A DNA stretch of 64,000 nt from contig OZ024757.1 in the NCBI GenBank assembly GCA_964016885.1, positions 35,650,001 through 35,714,000 of the forward strand. The letters are read 5' to 3'. This document shows, piece after piece, positions 1 to 16,667 of this stretch (position 1 is the first letter of the stretch; the number at the start of each line of letters is the position of its first letter). Source of the stretch: Eledone cirrhosa. Taxonomy: Eukaryota. The position numbers were made by a program, and so were the translations under genes. Under the pieces are notes generated by a model that searched no databases, was not told the DNA's origin, and saw only the letters and a program-made list of their open reading frames with translations.

Positions 1-103
1 TATTGATATTATACGCAAGTATATATACATGTAGGTATGATACATGTGTAGTGTGTATATTGATATTATACGCAAGTATATATACATGGAGATATGATAC
101 ATC
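1..103. repeat. End of a 57-bp tandem repeat (about 1.8 copies visible)
   Basis: TATTGATATTATACGCAAGTATATATACATG occurs at 1 and at 58. Confidence 0.7.
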
Positions 104-539
104 AAATAAAATCGTAATTGACAATATCCATAGAAATGGAACGAAGACTGTGTTACACTGTCTTATGTAATCAGTAATGTAATCCATGATACATTAAAAA
201 AAGACGATATTATATATAAACTGCATTAGGAGAAAATTAGTGACAGAAATATATGTATGTTTATTTAAACGATCACTAACCGGAAGTGTTGACATTTGAA
301 AATGTTAAAGAATTGAATCTTTAAATAAGTAATAAAATATATTTAATCAACAGCCACGAAATTTAGTAGATAAATTATGTAATATTCATTCATTATTTAT
401 TCAAAGTAATCCAACTTATTTTACTAAGGGGATAACAAAAATTATAAACCGTACGCAGTCCCGCGCTTCTTAGTTTATTATAGTTTAGATATTTTACGTT
501 ATATTTTGACGTTTATAATCAATTTTATGGACCACGTCC

Positions 540-612
540 AATATTCGCGGTGTTTCACTCTTCGCGAATGCTCTAGGAACGTAACCCCACGAACACCGAG
601 GGACAACTTTAT
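540..612 (+). mobile_element. Degenerate right terminus of a pogo/Tigger-like DNA transposon
   Basis: TTCGCG...GGAACGTAACCCCACGAACACCGAGGGACAACT followed by a TA run resembles Tigger/MER2-type ends (GAACGTAACCCCCGCGAATAACGAGGG..ACTG|TA). Recognised from memory. Confidence 0.4.
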
Positions 613-619
613 ATATATT

Positions 620-652
<33 letters not shown>

Positions 653-1095
653 ATATTTCCCACCCCGGAAAAAAAAAACCCCAATTGATGGATGTGAATC
701 CGAAATATATAGGGACTATTAAATCTCTCCCAAGGTAACTCTCTCTCTCTCTCTTGTGTTGTTATTATTATTTTTACCCTTTCACTATTCCCTTCATTCT
801 ACACATCTCACACATCTTATACACACCACGCATCTCAACGTACACCCACTTACATATCTCTCTCTCCTCCACCGGACCCTGTTACCCGGAGATTTACCCA
901 TTTGCATTGTCGAGGCTTCCAAACGACTTATAAATATATATATATATATATAAATCCCATATAATATTCAGTATTTATACTTTGAGCTTGTTAATTACAG
1001 GATTTCAGTATGAGTTATTAACTCTACCTTTCATTTATATATATATCCCATATATATATATATATATATATAGGGGTCCATATCATTCCACTGCA

Positions 1096-1260
1096 AAGTG
1101 GTCGTGAAGGTGCCACGGCAAAAAAGGACCCAGCACTCACTGTAAATGAGGTTGGTGTTAGGAAGGGCATCCAGCTGTAGAAATCAAGCCAGAATCAGTT
1201 CCCGTCCCACCCTTGCAGGCAGGGAAAAGTGGACGTAAGATGAAATGATGAATGATGATA
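1096..1260 (+). mobile_element. SINE-like or non-autonomous retroelement fragment with an RTE-type 3' tail
   Basis: Core GGTTGGTGTTAGGAAGGGCATCCAGCTGTAGAAA is shared with 3571-3775(-). The 3' end CCGTCCCACCCTTGCAGGCAGGGAAAAGTGGACGTAA+(ATG)n matches the LINE tail at 4741-4801. Confidence 0.75.
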
Positions 1261-1515
1261 TATATATGGGATAGAGACGGGGAGGGGGGCTAGCATATAG
1301 AGATAGACGGAGGCGCGGGCAGTATAGATAAGGGAATTTATGATCGTATAGAGACAGTGGGAGAGAAGTGAGAGGTAAGCAGTGTATCTATGAGAGAGGG
1401 GGGTATAAATAGGGAGAGAAGTGAGAGGTAATGTTTATATGGGTGTGTGTATGTATGTGTGTACGTACGATTCGATCGTCCTTTGCCCCCTTCATATAAC
1501 ATGTTGTGACCAGAT

Positions 1516-1670
1516 GTTGGTGGTGATGGGAGTGGTGGATGGTGGTGGTGGTGGTGGTGGTGATGGTGGTGACTGTGAGGGTGGTGGTGGTGGTGGTGGT
1601 GGCTGTGAGGGTTATGATGGTGGTGGTGGTGGTGGTGGTGGTGGTGGCCATGAGGGTTATGGTGGTGGGG
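1516..1670. repeat. Imperfect (GGT)n microsatellite
   Basis: Seen directly. It generates the poly-His, poly-Thr and poly-Gly ORFs. Confidence 0.95.
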
Positions 1671-1784
1671 GCTCTTTCCCTCCTCTCCATCTTGTATGCG
1701 ATGTGTTTGCATTAGTAACGAGCATCTGGGAGGCATATGGTGCTCCCGCTATCCCCTTATAAATACATATGTGCTAGTCTGTGT

Positions 1785-3570
<1,786 letters not shown>

Positions 3571-3775
3571 CATCATCATCATCATCATCGTTTAACGTCC
3601 ATGTTCCACGCTTGCATGGGTTTGGACGGGAGTTTTCCCACTTCAGGCAAGAGTGGTTGTCTTGCTCGCATAGGACTGTCTGGCGGGTTTTCTACAGTTG
3701 GATGCCCTTCCTAACACCAACCACATTTACAGTGTGGGACTGGGAGGTTTTTACCGTGTTGCCTACACGGCCACA
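3571..3775 (-). mobile_element. SINE-like element with an RTE-type 3' tail (same family as 1096-1260)
   Basis: (CAT)n-CGTTTAACGTCC...CTTGCATGGGTTTGGACGG and TTTCTACAGTTGGATGCCCTTCCTAACACCAACC are the reverse complement of the 1096-1260 motifs. Confidence 0.8.
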
Positions 3776-3828
3776 TTACAGCATGGACTGTGTGTTTTTT
3801 TGTTGTGACACCGACACGATCTCATTTG

Positions 3829-5347
<1,519 letters not shown>

Positions 5348-5354
5348 AATGCAG

Positions 5355-6863
5355 TTCTACATGGCCTGTGGATCATAAACTTTTAAACCTGCTCATGTAG
5401 TACTGGATCATCTTCCAATGCAGGTATTTCTGCTGACACGATTCTGTCAATGTCTTCTCTGTTTCTTATCTTGTCTTCATTTTTTAAGGCTCAGTGTTAT
5501 CATCTGTTTAGATAATTCATTAAACCATTATACTCATCCACTCACAATTGGGCTTGATTGTTCCCTCTACTTTCATATAGGCTTCCACTAAATACTGCTA
5601 AAATAATTTACCTGCCCTATATATCGCACTAAATCCTCCTCTATATGCTATACAGTATATGTAATACTCCTGCATTGTCAGTCTATTGCAAACACAGGTC
5701 CTGCATTCCTCTTCATGTCACTATGCCACCAAAATTCACCATTATGGGTCGGTCATGAGGTCCAAGTGGCATGAATTATGTGGTATTTTCTGAAGAGGAT
5801 GGTCTTTAGGAAAGATGATAATATCTCTTTGTACAGGTGGTGTGCCCTCAATCCCCCACAAAGCAACAGCTATCATTACTAGTTGGTAAATTATAGCAGC
5901 TCATATCTGATCCTCTTCTAAATCTTAATTCACAGTTCTGTACACGACAATTTTCTCTTCTTGCACTTTGCTGTTTGATGCCATGCATTGTATTCTACAC
6001 TTCGACATATGGATTACATTCATGCAACACCTCTCTTATCATAGCCAAATTTTGTGGTGAGCAGTCATTATTTTACTATGGCGCTGGATTGGCAGTATCG
6101 GTAGAGCGTCAGACACGATGCTTTGCAGCATAGGGTTATGGCCCTTTACGTTCTGGGTTCAAATCCCTCCAAGGTTGACTTTGTTTTCATCCTTATGAGG
6201 TCGATAGAATAAAGTACCAGTAATTGCTGGCCTTGTGCCAGAAACAATTATTTGGTTGTACTTCCAATCTGTGCTACACACCTTCGTTCCCATCAATAAT
6301 GTATAACTGGCCATATTGTGGTGTATTTTCTGCAGGTTACAGAGGTGGGGGTGTAGTGATATGTTTGACCCTGAATATGAAAGCTATACGGGCCTCTGCC
6401 GGGTGGTAACACCAAATGAAGTGAAATAAATGTAGTTTTAATTGCAGATGTTTCTGTGAAATCAACTGCTTCCTGGACTCTTTCAAAGAGATTTCTCAGT
6501 CTCTCAGGGTATATTTGCAATGGAGGCAATACAACCTTTCCTTTATTACAACAGGTACAATTTTCATTTCTAAATTTCAAAGCTCCACAGTGATCACACG
6601 AAACATTCATATCACTAATATGAAATCCTTCTACATTTCCATTAATATTAATTGTTGGCCAATTTCTCTTACGACGCTCATTATCCATTCTTCTCTGTCT
6701 GAATGTTTTCCATTCTGTTGTTTATTATGTAATTAAATAGCTCTGTACAATACATAGAGCACTCTTCTTTTCTTTACCTTTTCTATGGAAATACAAGAAC
6801 AAACATATATATATATATATATATATGTATATACATAAACAAGACTGTTATTGCTCCAACCAG
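5355..6863 (-). mobile_element. Degenerate Helitron RepHel fragment, copy 1 (N-terminal region to the HGPC motif)
   Basis: CDHCGALKFRNE..CCNKGKVVLPPL, PPGRGPYSFHIQGQTYH, LHECNPY, EDIDRIVSAEIP and MIH(R)PC. Closely similar to 27960-29527, with stops and frameshifts. Confidence 0.9.
6078..6246 (+). mobile_element. tRNA-derived SINE nested in Helitron copy 1
   Basis: A-box-like TGGCAGTATCGG, B-box GGTTCAAATCC, then GTTGACTTTGTTTTCATCCTT..GAGGTCGATAGAATAAAGTACCAG (Nin/Deu-domain-like, from memory) and tail TTGCTGGCCTTGTGCC. Confidence 0.85.
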
Positions 6864-6954
6864 TCTATTTACCTTTGATAACTATCCTAAATATAAATAC
6901 ACCTATACCATACATACATATATCATATATGTTTTTGATGCCGTGGTATAGCAG

Positions 6955-7220
6955 AGATAAGCAAGAAGAGAAAAAAAATGAAAAGGAGAAAAAAAAGGAA
7001 GTAAGAAGTCGGGGGAGGGACAGACACTTCACCCCAGTCTAAGTGGTCCCTCAGCCGCAACCTGTGGAAGAAACGTAAAAGCGTTACCTCGGAGCAAGGC
7101 CAGAGACACCTGCTACAATAGTCGCCCCTCCTCATGAGGCTCCTGCCGTCTTTCCTCCCGACTTTATGGAGGAAATCAGCAGTACGGGGACCAAGTATGT
7201 CAGAGGTCTCAATGGAGTGG
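6955..7220 (-). mobile_element. 3' fragment of a CRE-like non-LTR retrotransposon (restriction-like endonuclease C-terminus and pyrimidine-rich 3' UTR)
   Basis: The minus strand reads SIETSDILGPRTADFLHKVG / ..QVSLALLRGNAF across a frameshift, homologous to VETSEVLGPRTAELLRRI in the 20135-20760 copy. Confidence 0.7.
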
Positions 7221-7367
7221 AAGAGGTGAGTCAGGCCTTAGTACTATCTTACTCTCCTCTACGTTGCGGGGTGTGGAGCCTAGGTTTGTGGCTGTAGCTA
7301 TATTTGAACTTTTATATGAAATTTCAGTTTTATATTTTTCACATCTTAAAACTTAATCTTTGTCTTT

Positions 7368-7423
7368 TGCAGCTCATCTAGTTTCATCTCACAGCACATG
7401 ATTTGGGAACCACTGCTCTAGAG
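7368..7423 (+). mobile_element. Right terminus of a hAT/Charlie-type element with its target site
   Basis: TTTGGGAACCACTG (7402-7415) is followed immediately by CTCTAGAG, matching the Charlie-type NTCTAGAN 8-bp target consensus. Confidence 0.65.
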
Positions 7424-7444
7424 ATAGAAAAAGTATATTTTATG

Positions 7445-7512
7445 CAAGGCTTCCCTGAGACATAAAAACTATTTCAAGAAATCAACATGGGTAGAAAGGT
7501 TGAGAAATGCTG
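7445..7512 (+). mobile_element. Second degenerate hAT-type right terminus
   Basis: CAAGGCTTCCCTGAGAC..AAA.TATTTCAAG...AAAGGTTGAGAAATGCTG resembles hAT ends of the CAGCCTTTCTCAACC type. Recognised from memory. Confidence 0.45.
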
Positions 7513-7747
7513 CACAATGTTCTTTGGTTTTTGTTCACCTTTAAATAATCATGTATAAAATATCGGGTGTGCAAGATTTCATGAAAAGGTATAACATTAT
7601 TTATGCTGATCTTGCAGGGACTAGCTCCAATTGAGAGTTGTACCAATTCCCACTAAACTCGAAACTCCTGGACAATATATACATATCTTTATAAGTTCCT
7701 GTGTATAGTGTCGCTGTATAATGAAACATAAATATATACCATGCATG

Positions 7748-7995
7748 TCAGTCAGATTTGAACTCACTATATTTGGCGTTTTATAGATATAATTTGTTTG
7801 TTAAAACAATTGATTAAATAATAACTAAATAAAATTAATTCTACAATCCTGGATAGGGAATGAACTTATAACTTCATAATAGAAGCCATCTATTCGAGCA
7901 GTATTGCCATCTAAGCCACCAGGTTACTTACAGAACTTCATTCAAATATAAAGTATAAAATATATGCCAGACATAGTGAGTTCGAATCTGACTGA
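7748..7995. mobile_element. MITE-like element, 248 bp, with 30-bp terminal inverted repeats
   Basis: TCAGTCAGATTTGAACTCACTATATTTGGC (7748-7777) pairs with GCCAGACATAGTGAGTTCGAATCTGACTGA (7966-7995) at 27/30 positions. No clear TSD. Confidence 0.6.
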
Positions 7996-8112
7996 TTAGT
8001 TGGACATTGTCCCAGCCAACAGTTTAAATCGCCAACCAGTAGGTGACATCGACTAGGTTGGGAAAACTTGGTTAAGTAGCTCCAGTTATTGCTACGTTAG
8101 ACATATTCAAGA

Positions 8113-8220
8113 CTTATCGACACCGAATGGAAGAAAGGTAAAGTTGAACTCAGAGTAAAGAACTGGAAAAATACTGCAAAGAATTCTATCTGATGTTCTA
8201 ACAATTCTACCAAATTACCT
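8113..8220 (-). mobile_element. Old degenerate tRNA-derived SINE
   Basis: TTATCGACACCGAATGGAAGAAAGGTAAAGTTGA is a reverse-complement match to the SINE core. A paralogue lies at 19717-19825. Confidence 0.6.
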
Positions 8221-8710
8221 TATGTATATATATTTATATCTAGAGATAAGAAGAAAACTGAAGGGGGAAAAAAAAAGTATGAAACCTTATATGTAATCCA
8301 GACCAGGATTGAAGCCCAAACCAGGACCTCCACCATCTCTGGTATCACCAGAGATGGTGGATTTAATATTTATAAGCCTACTTTCAATATTAAAGTAATT
8401 AACATGTGGTGTTGTTCATGCCTTTCTCTATGTTATTGGTAAAAAATAAAGTATTTAAACCTCAAATTTTGTTATTCAAATATGCTTGCTTATGTAATTA
8501 TAAATGTCGCAGAATACACACACATATATAGATGTGAAAATATTCAGGACCCCAACGGCTGTGCTACTGCCGTTTCGACATCTATATATATATCTTTTAG
8601 TCCTAGGCTCTTTCAGCGCAGAAAGAATTCTCCAATGATCACAACCAGTGGAAGCACTTTAGTTTAATTAGATTAGCGGCGGCTTTTTCGAGTCTGAGGT
8701 TGACTGCCAG

Positions 8711-8742
<32 letters not shown>

Positions 8743-8832
8743 ATACTTTGCTAGAATCCCGGAGAACAACAGAAAAATGCTGAGTTCAGAGTTTAAAAAA
8801 CAACAGAAAGAACGGCATAAATAAATATATAT

Positions 8833-10579
<1,747 letters not shown>

Positions 10580-10584
10580 ATATA

Positions 10585-10621
<37 letters not shown>

Positions 10622-10859
10622 TACGCAAAGACACATACATATATATACATACACGCAGACATACACCTGTGTGTATGTGTGTGTGTGTGTCTTTGGCTGC
10701 TCTCTCTCTCTCTCTCTTTCTCTCTGTGTATATATATACAGACACACACTGTTGTTTCCTGCTTTTTAGCTGCTGTTTCTAAAGTGTCTATTAATATATG
10801 CTAGAAATAGCAGTCAAGGGAACATTTACGTATATATATGTAAGGGCAGTGACACCTGC

Positions 10860-11230
10860 TGCAACAGCCATCAAACCTCGTGGGACTCCATCCTCAGACG
10901 GGCCACAAACACTCCGATCTTGCGGAGGAGCTCGGCTGTAATGGGTCCAAGTAGGCCTGGGGTCTCGACGGTGTCTGGTGCGTAGAAGAAGCTCCAGGAC
11001 AAACACCGGAATTTGTTTATTTTATGTTCATCTGCGAGAGGGGCAGCGATGCTGGGGTTTGTGGATCTACCTCCTTCGAATGGGAAGAGGGTGATTCCCT
11101 CGGGGTGCTTGCCATCTCCGCGGCCTAGGCCTGCTGGCTCCAGTTGAGATGGAAATTCAGCTGCGTCCAGGCTTCTTCTCACTATGTCGTTGAGAGCATT
11201 TATGTGGCTCACACACGCGGAGGCCAAGGC
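10860..11230 (-). mobile_element. CRE-like non-LTR retrotransposon fragment (restriction-like endonuclease domain)
   Basis: H.NALNDIVRRSLDAAEFPSQLEPAGLGRGDGKHPEGITLFPFEGGRS, then VETPGLLGPITAELLRKIG. This matches the LEP.GL.R.DGKRPDG.T pattern of CRE-type RLE domains. Confidence 0.8.
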
Positions 11231-11510
11231 GTTGGGCTACTCCGATGCGAGTTCACTCATCATCAAGAATTTATTTGAATTGAAAGGTCACTAAACTAAT
11301 ATAGGAGTGTCATTTAAAAATAAGGTAAACAGAAATAGTTACACCGGTAACATAATTACTGTTACACCGGTAGTTCACTCACAAATCATTTCACGTTCGT
11401 CTCTAACAGGTAATGTTTTAATTTGCTCTCCATGTTGGGGAGTAACTGTAGTTTGGCTTGCTAGGGGGTCATACATCTTCATACACACACACACATAATA
11501 TATATACACA

Positions 11511-11578
11511 AAGGAAAAGAAGATAAACAAATATCAGAGGATTTGTCCGGCTTCTTCCTCTTGGCACCTGTAGCCACC
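11511..11578 (+). mobile_element. Tiny CRE-like endonuclease fragment
   Basis: AAGATAAACAAATATCAGAGGATTTGTCCGGC.TCTTCCTCTTGGCACCTGT aligns with 20295-20345 (KINKYRGLSGRFLSAPV). Confidence 0.6.
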
Positions 11579-11633
11579 ATGACATAAGTATAAATATATA
11601 TATATATATACATATCTATCTATCTATCTATAT

Positions 11634-11740
11634 ATCATCATTTTCATTTTACGTCTGCTTTTCCCTGTTTGCAAGGGTGGGAGATATATATATATATATA
11701 TATCATCATCATTATACATCCACTTTTCCCCGCTTGGCAG
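11634..11740 (-). mobile_element. Two extremely 5'-truncated RTE/SINE 3' tails inside (TA)n
   Basis: ATCATCATTTTCATTTTACGTCTGCTTTTCCCTGTTTGCAAGGGTGGGA and ATCATCATCATTATACATCCACTTTTCCCCGCTTG are reverse-complement matches to the tail at 1202-1260. Confidence 0.65.
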
Positions 11741-11920
11741 CACCTACGAGAAGTTTGTTTTGATCATCGCTGCATCGTAGCTTTGTTTAAATAAAGGGTT
11801 TTTTCTACTTTATATTACAGTAATAACACTTTCAGAAGACTCGGATTGTTTTTATATTAAAGGGGAACATAAACATATTTTAGAGGAGGGGTGTGGATCA
11901 GAAAAGTTTGGGGACCACTG
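11736..11920 (+). mobile_element. Solo outer arm of the foldback family, ending in a hAT-type TIR
   Basis: Matches 10340-10445 and the reverse complement of 8833-9035. Ends AAAAGTTTGGGGACCACTG. Confidence 0.75.
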
Positions 11921-12630
11921 ATACACACACATATTTATTTACTATATATATAATATATACATATATATATGTCTGTGTGTGTATACTATATATATATGTA
12001 CAGGGAGGTGGAAGCATTTCATAATTTTTCTTGGGGGAGGCGGGGGGGTCCGAATCCCCCTCTTTATATCAATTAGCACTAACTCTCTCCCTCTCTATAT
12101 CTACTACACGGCACTCTCTATATCAAGTAACACCAAACTCTCCCCTCTCTATATATTAAGCACTAAGTCAGGAATTTTTTTCGTCTTTCGTGCAGAGAGA
12201 AGAAAGTTGATTAAATCTATCCCGGTGAATTACTGGTATTTTATTTAATAAAAATTAAAATTTACTATTTGTCTTCGTTTAATTTTCGTTTTTCTTTACA
12301 AAGTTTCGTTTCGTTAAATGTCTCCGGAATTTGTTTTTACTTTTACCGGATATTGAAGGTGTAAACTTGGTGTTCTCTAGAAACGTGTTAGAAATAATTT
12401 TCTTTTAATTGTGAAGAATTTAACCGCAAAGTAAGTTTTTTTTACTGTTTATTTGTGGCTGGGACAACATATGGTATGTGTTAATGTAAATGGTGAAGGT
12501 TTAAAGATTCTTTTTACAACTGAAAATCAGTTTGTTGTTGCTGCTAATTACTTAACACATGGAATAGATTTAAAAAATACAGGATTGTTTCTCGGAAGAG
12601 AGAAAGAGGAAAGAAAACAAATCACAGAAG

Positions 12631-12932
12631 CGGGTAGCACACACATTTGGGACGACATACAACACATAAACAGGTAATCCACACATCTAGGACCACATAC
12701 AACACACAAGCGGGTATCACACACATCTGGGACTACATACAACACACCAACAGGTAATACATACATCTAGGACCACATAACCAGGTAATACACACATCTA
12801 GGACCACATACAACACATAAACAGGTAATACATACATCTAGAACCACATACAACACACAAGCAGGTAATATATACATCTAGGATCACATACAACACACAA
12901 GCAGGTAATACATCTAGGACCACATACAACCA
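12631..12932. repeat. 40-bp minisatellite, about 8 copies
   Basis: Unit CAGGTAATACACACATCTAGGACCACATACAACACACAAG at 12671, 12711, 12751, 12782, 12822, 12862 and 12902. Confidence 0.9.
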
Positions 12933-13025
12933 AAGGCAAGCGAAAGGGGTGGACAAACGAGCTGCTACTAGAGCAAAAGATAACAGTACCGCGAGGAGCA
13001 CTGGGAAACCTCTCTAATGATTTTT

Positions 13026-13230
13026 TACGCAAGCCAGCACGTCTGCAGCGTTACCTCGGGCGATGGCGAGGCTAAGGAGCTGGAACAACCAAGTGCCCTC
13101 ACGAGCTTCACCAGTCACCTTCGTCAGACTAGCCGCCAGTGAAGATAGGAATCTCGCAGTCAGTATCCCGACTCTCCCAAACGCCACAGGCTGGAAAATG
13201 TAGTTGGCCGACAGATCACAGTATTACTTA
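13026..13230 (-). mobile_element. CRE-like endonuclease C-terminal fragment
   Basis: The minus strand translates as YCDLSANYIFQPVAFGRVGILTARFLSSLAASLTKVTGEAREGTWLFQLLSLAIARGNAADVLAC. Confidence 0.75.
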
Positions 13231-13255
13231 ACAGTGATAGATATTCTGTCTAAAG

Positions 13256-13325
13256 GAGGGGCGTGCAACAGGCGGCCCACGGGCCACAATCGAGCCCACC
13301 TGACCAGTCAGAGTGGCCCGCAATG
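13256..13325 (+). mobile_element. Left terminus of a hAT/Charlie-like element
   Basis: GAGGGGCGTGCAACAGGCGGCCCACGGGCCACA resembles CAGGGGTG..CAAC..GCGGCCCGCGGGCCACA ends. It is preceded by GTCTAAAG, an NTCTARAN-like target. Confidence 0.6.
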
Positions 13326-13375
13326 ACTGTTGTAGGCATATTTAGATTTTTTTCCATACCCGTAATACTTCTGTT

Positions 13376-16300
13376 AGTTGACCTATACTAAAGGACTTCA
13401 CTGATAGGGTTATATGTGTTATAGTTTCCCAGTTGACCTATACTAAAGGACTTCACTGATAGGGTTATATGTGTTATAGTTTCCCAGTTGACCTATACTA
13501 AAGGACTTCACTGATAGGGTTATATGTGTTATAGTTTCCCAGTTGACCTATACTAAAGGACTTCATTGATAGGGTTATATGTGTTATAGTTTCCCAGTTG
13601 ACCTATACTAAAGGACTTCACTGATAGGGTTATATGTGTTATAGTTTCCCAGTTGACCTATACTAAAGGACTTCACTGATAGGGTTATATGTGTTATAGT
13701 TTCCCAGTTGACCTATACTAAAGGACTTCACTGATAGGGTTATATGTGTTATAGTTTCCCAGTTGACCTATACTAAAGGACTTCATTGATAGGGTTATAT
13801 GTGTTATAGTTTCCCAGTTGACCTATACTAAAGGACTTCACTGATAGGGTTATATGTGTTATAGTTTCCCAGTTGACCTATACTAAAGGACTTCACTGAT
13901 AGGGTTATATGTGTTATAGTTTCCCAGTTGACCTATACTAAAGGACTTCACTGATAGGGTTATATGTGTTATAGTTTCCCAGTTGACCTATACTAAAGGA
14001 CTTCACTGATAGGGTTATATGTGTTATAGTTTCCCAGTTGACCTATACTAAAGGACTTCACTGATAGGGTTATATGTGTTATAGTTTCCCAGTTGACCTA
14101 TACTAAAGGACTTCACTGATAGGGTTATATGTGTTATAGTTTCCCAGTTGACCTATACTAAAGGACTTCATTGATAGGGTTATATGTGTTATAGTTTCCC
14201 AGTTGACCTATACTAAAGGACTTCACTGATAGGGTTATATGTGTTATAGTTTCCCAGTTGACCTATACTAAAGGACTTCACTGATAGGGTTATATGTGTT
14301 ATAGTTTCCCAGTTGACCTATACTAAAGGACTTCACTGATAGGGTTATATGTGTTATAGTTTCCCAGTTGACCTATACTAAAGGACTTCATTGATAGGGT
14401 TATATGTGTTATAGTTTCCCAGTTGACCTATACTAAAGGACTTCACTGATAGGGTTATATGTGTTATAGTTTCCCAGTTGACCTATACTAAAGGACTTCA
14501 CTGATAGGGTTATATGTGTTATAGTTTCCCAGTTGACCTATACTAAAGGACTTCACTGATAGGGTTATATGTGTTATAGTTTCCCAGTTGACCTATACTA
14601 AAGGACTTCACTGATAGGGTTATATGTGTTATAGTTTCCCAGTTGACCTATACTAAAGGACTTCACTGATAGGGTTATATGTGTTATAGTTTCCCAGTTG
14701 ACCTATACTAAAGGACTTCACTGATAGGGTTATATGTGTTATAGTTTCCCAGTTGACCTATACTAAAGGACTTCACTGATAGGGTTATATGTGTTATAGT
14801 TTCCCAGTTGACCTATACTAAAGGACTTCACTGATAGGGTTATATGTGTTATAGTTTCCCAGTTGACCTATACTAAAGGACTTCATTGATAGGGTTATAT
14901 GTGTTATAGTTTCCCAGTTGACCTATACTAAAGGACTTCACTGATAGGGTTATATGTGTTATAGTTTCCCAGTTGACCTATACTAAAGGACTTCATTGAT
15001 AGGGTTATATGTGTTATAGTTTCCCAGTTGACCTATACTAAAGGACTTCACTGATAGGGTTATATGTGTTATAGTTTCCCAGTTGACCTATACTAAAGGA
15101 CTTCACTGATAGGGTTATATGTGTTATAGTTTCCCAGTTGACCTATACTAAAGAACTTCACTGATAGGGTTATATGTGTATAGTTTCCCAGTTGACCTAT
15201 ACTAAAGGACTTCACTGATAGGGTTATATGTGTTATAGTTTCCCAGTTGACCTATACTAAAGGACTTCACTGATAGGGTTATATGTGTTATAGTTTCCCA
15301 GTTGACCTATACTAAAGGATTTCACTGATAGGGTTATATGTGTTATAGTTTCCCAGTTGACCTATACTAAAGGACTTCACTGATAGGGTTATATGTGTTA
15401 TAGTTTCCCAGTTGACCTATACTAAAGGACTTCACTGATAGGGTTATATGTGTTATAGTTTCCCAGTTGACCTATACTAAAGGACTTCACTGATAGGGTT
15501 ATATGTGTTATAGTTTCCCAGTTGACCTATACTAAAGGACTTCACTGATAGGTGTATATGTGTTATAGTTTCCCAGTTGACCTATACTAAAGGACTTCAC
15601 TGATAGGGTTATATGTGTTATAGTTTCCCAGTTGACCTATACTAAAGGACTTCACTGATAGGGTTATATGTGTTATAGTTTCCCAGTTGACCTATACTAA
15701 AGGACTTCACTGATAGGGTTATATGTGTTATAGTTTCCCAGTTGACCTATACTAAAGGACTTCACTGATAGGGTTATATGTGTTATAGTTTCCCAGTTGA
15801 CCTATACTAAAGGACTTCACTGATAGGGTTATATATGTTATAGTTTCCCAGTTGACCTATACTAAAGGACTTCACTGATAGGGTTATATGTATTATAGTT
15901 TCCCAGTTGACCTATACTAAAGGACTTCACTGATAGGGTTATATGTGTTATAGTTTCCCAGTTGACCTATACTAAAGGACTTCACTGATAGGGTTATATG
16001 TGTTATAGTTTCCCAGTTGACCTATACTAAAGGACTTCACTGATAGGGTTATATATGTTATAGTTTCCCAGTTGACCTATACTAAAGGACTTCACTGATA
16101 GGGTTATATGTGTTATAGTTTCCCAGTTGACCTATACTAAAGGACTTCACTGATAGGGTTATATATGTTATAGTTTCCCAGTTGACCTATACTAAAGGAC
16201 TTCACTGATAGGGTTATATGTATTATAGTTTCCCAGTTGACCTATACTAAAGGACTTCACTGATAGGGTTATATGTGTTATAGTTTCCCAGTTGACCTAT

Positions 16301-16667
16301 ACTAAAGGACTTCACTGATAGGGTTATATGTGTTATAGTTTCCCAGTTGACCTATACTAAAGGACTTCACTGATAGGGTTATATGTGATATAGTTTCTCA
16401 GTTGACCTATACTAAAGGACTTCACTGATAGGGTTATATGTGTTATAGTTTCCCAGTTGACCTATACTAAAGGACTTCACTGATAGGGTTATATGTGTTA
16501 TAGTTTCCCAGTTGACCTATACTAAAGGACTTCACTGATAGGGTTATATGTGTTATAGTTTCCCAGTTGACCTATACTAAAGGACTTCACTGATAGGGTT
16601 ATATGTGTTATAATTTCCCAGTTTACCTATACTAAAGGGCTTCACTGACTGGGTTATATGTGTTATA
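13376..16667. repeat. 55-bp satellite array, about 60 highly homogeneous copies
   Basis: Unit AGTTGACCTATACTAAAGGACTTCACTGATAGGGTTATATGTGTTATAGTTTCCC, period 55 (13381 to 13436). Confidence 0.98.

Noticed and set aside
1338-1762. Poly-His, poly-Thr and poly-Gly ORFs
   Set aside because: Produced by a (GGT)n tract open in several frames, with no domain or gene context.
6078-6246. tRNA gene (A and B boxes; also at 28706, 46446, 47284 and a lone GTTCGAATCC at ~22048)
   Set aside because: No cloverleaf. The boxes are followed by a SINE body and tail with a TSD. The 22048 motif is too short to call.
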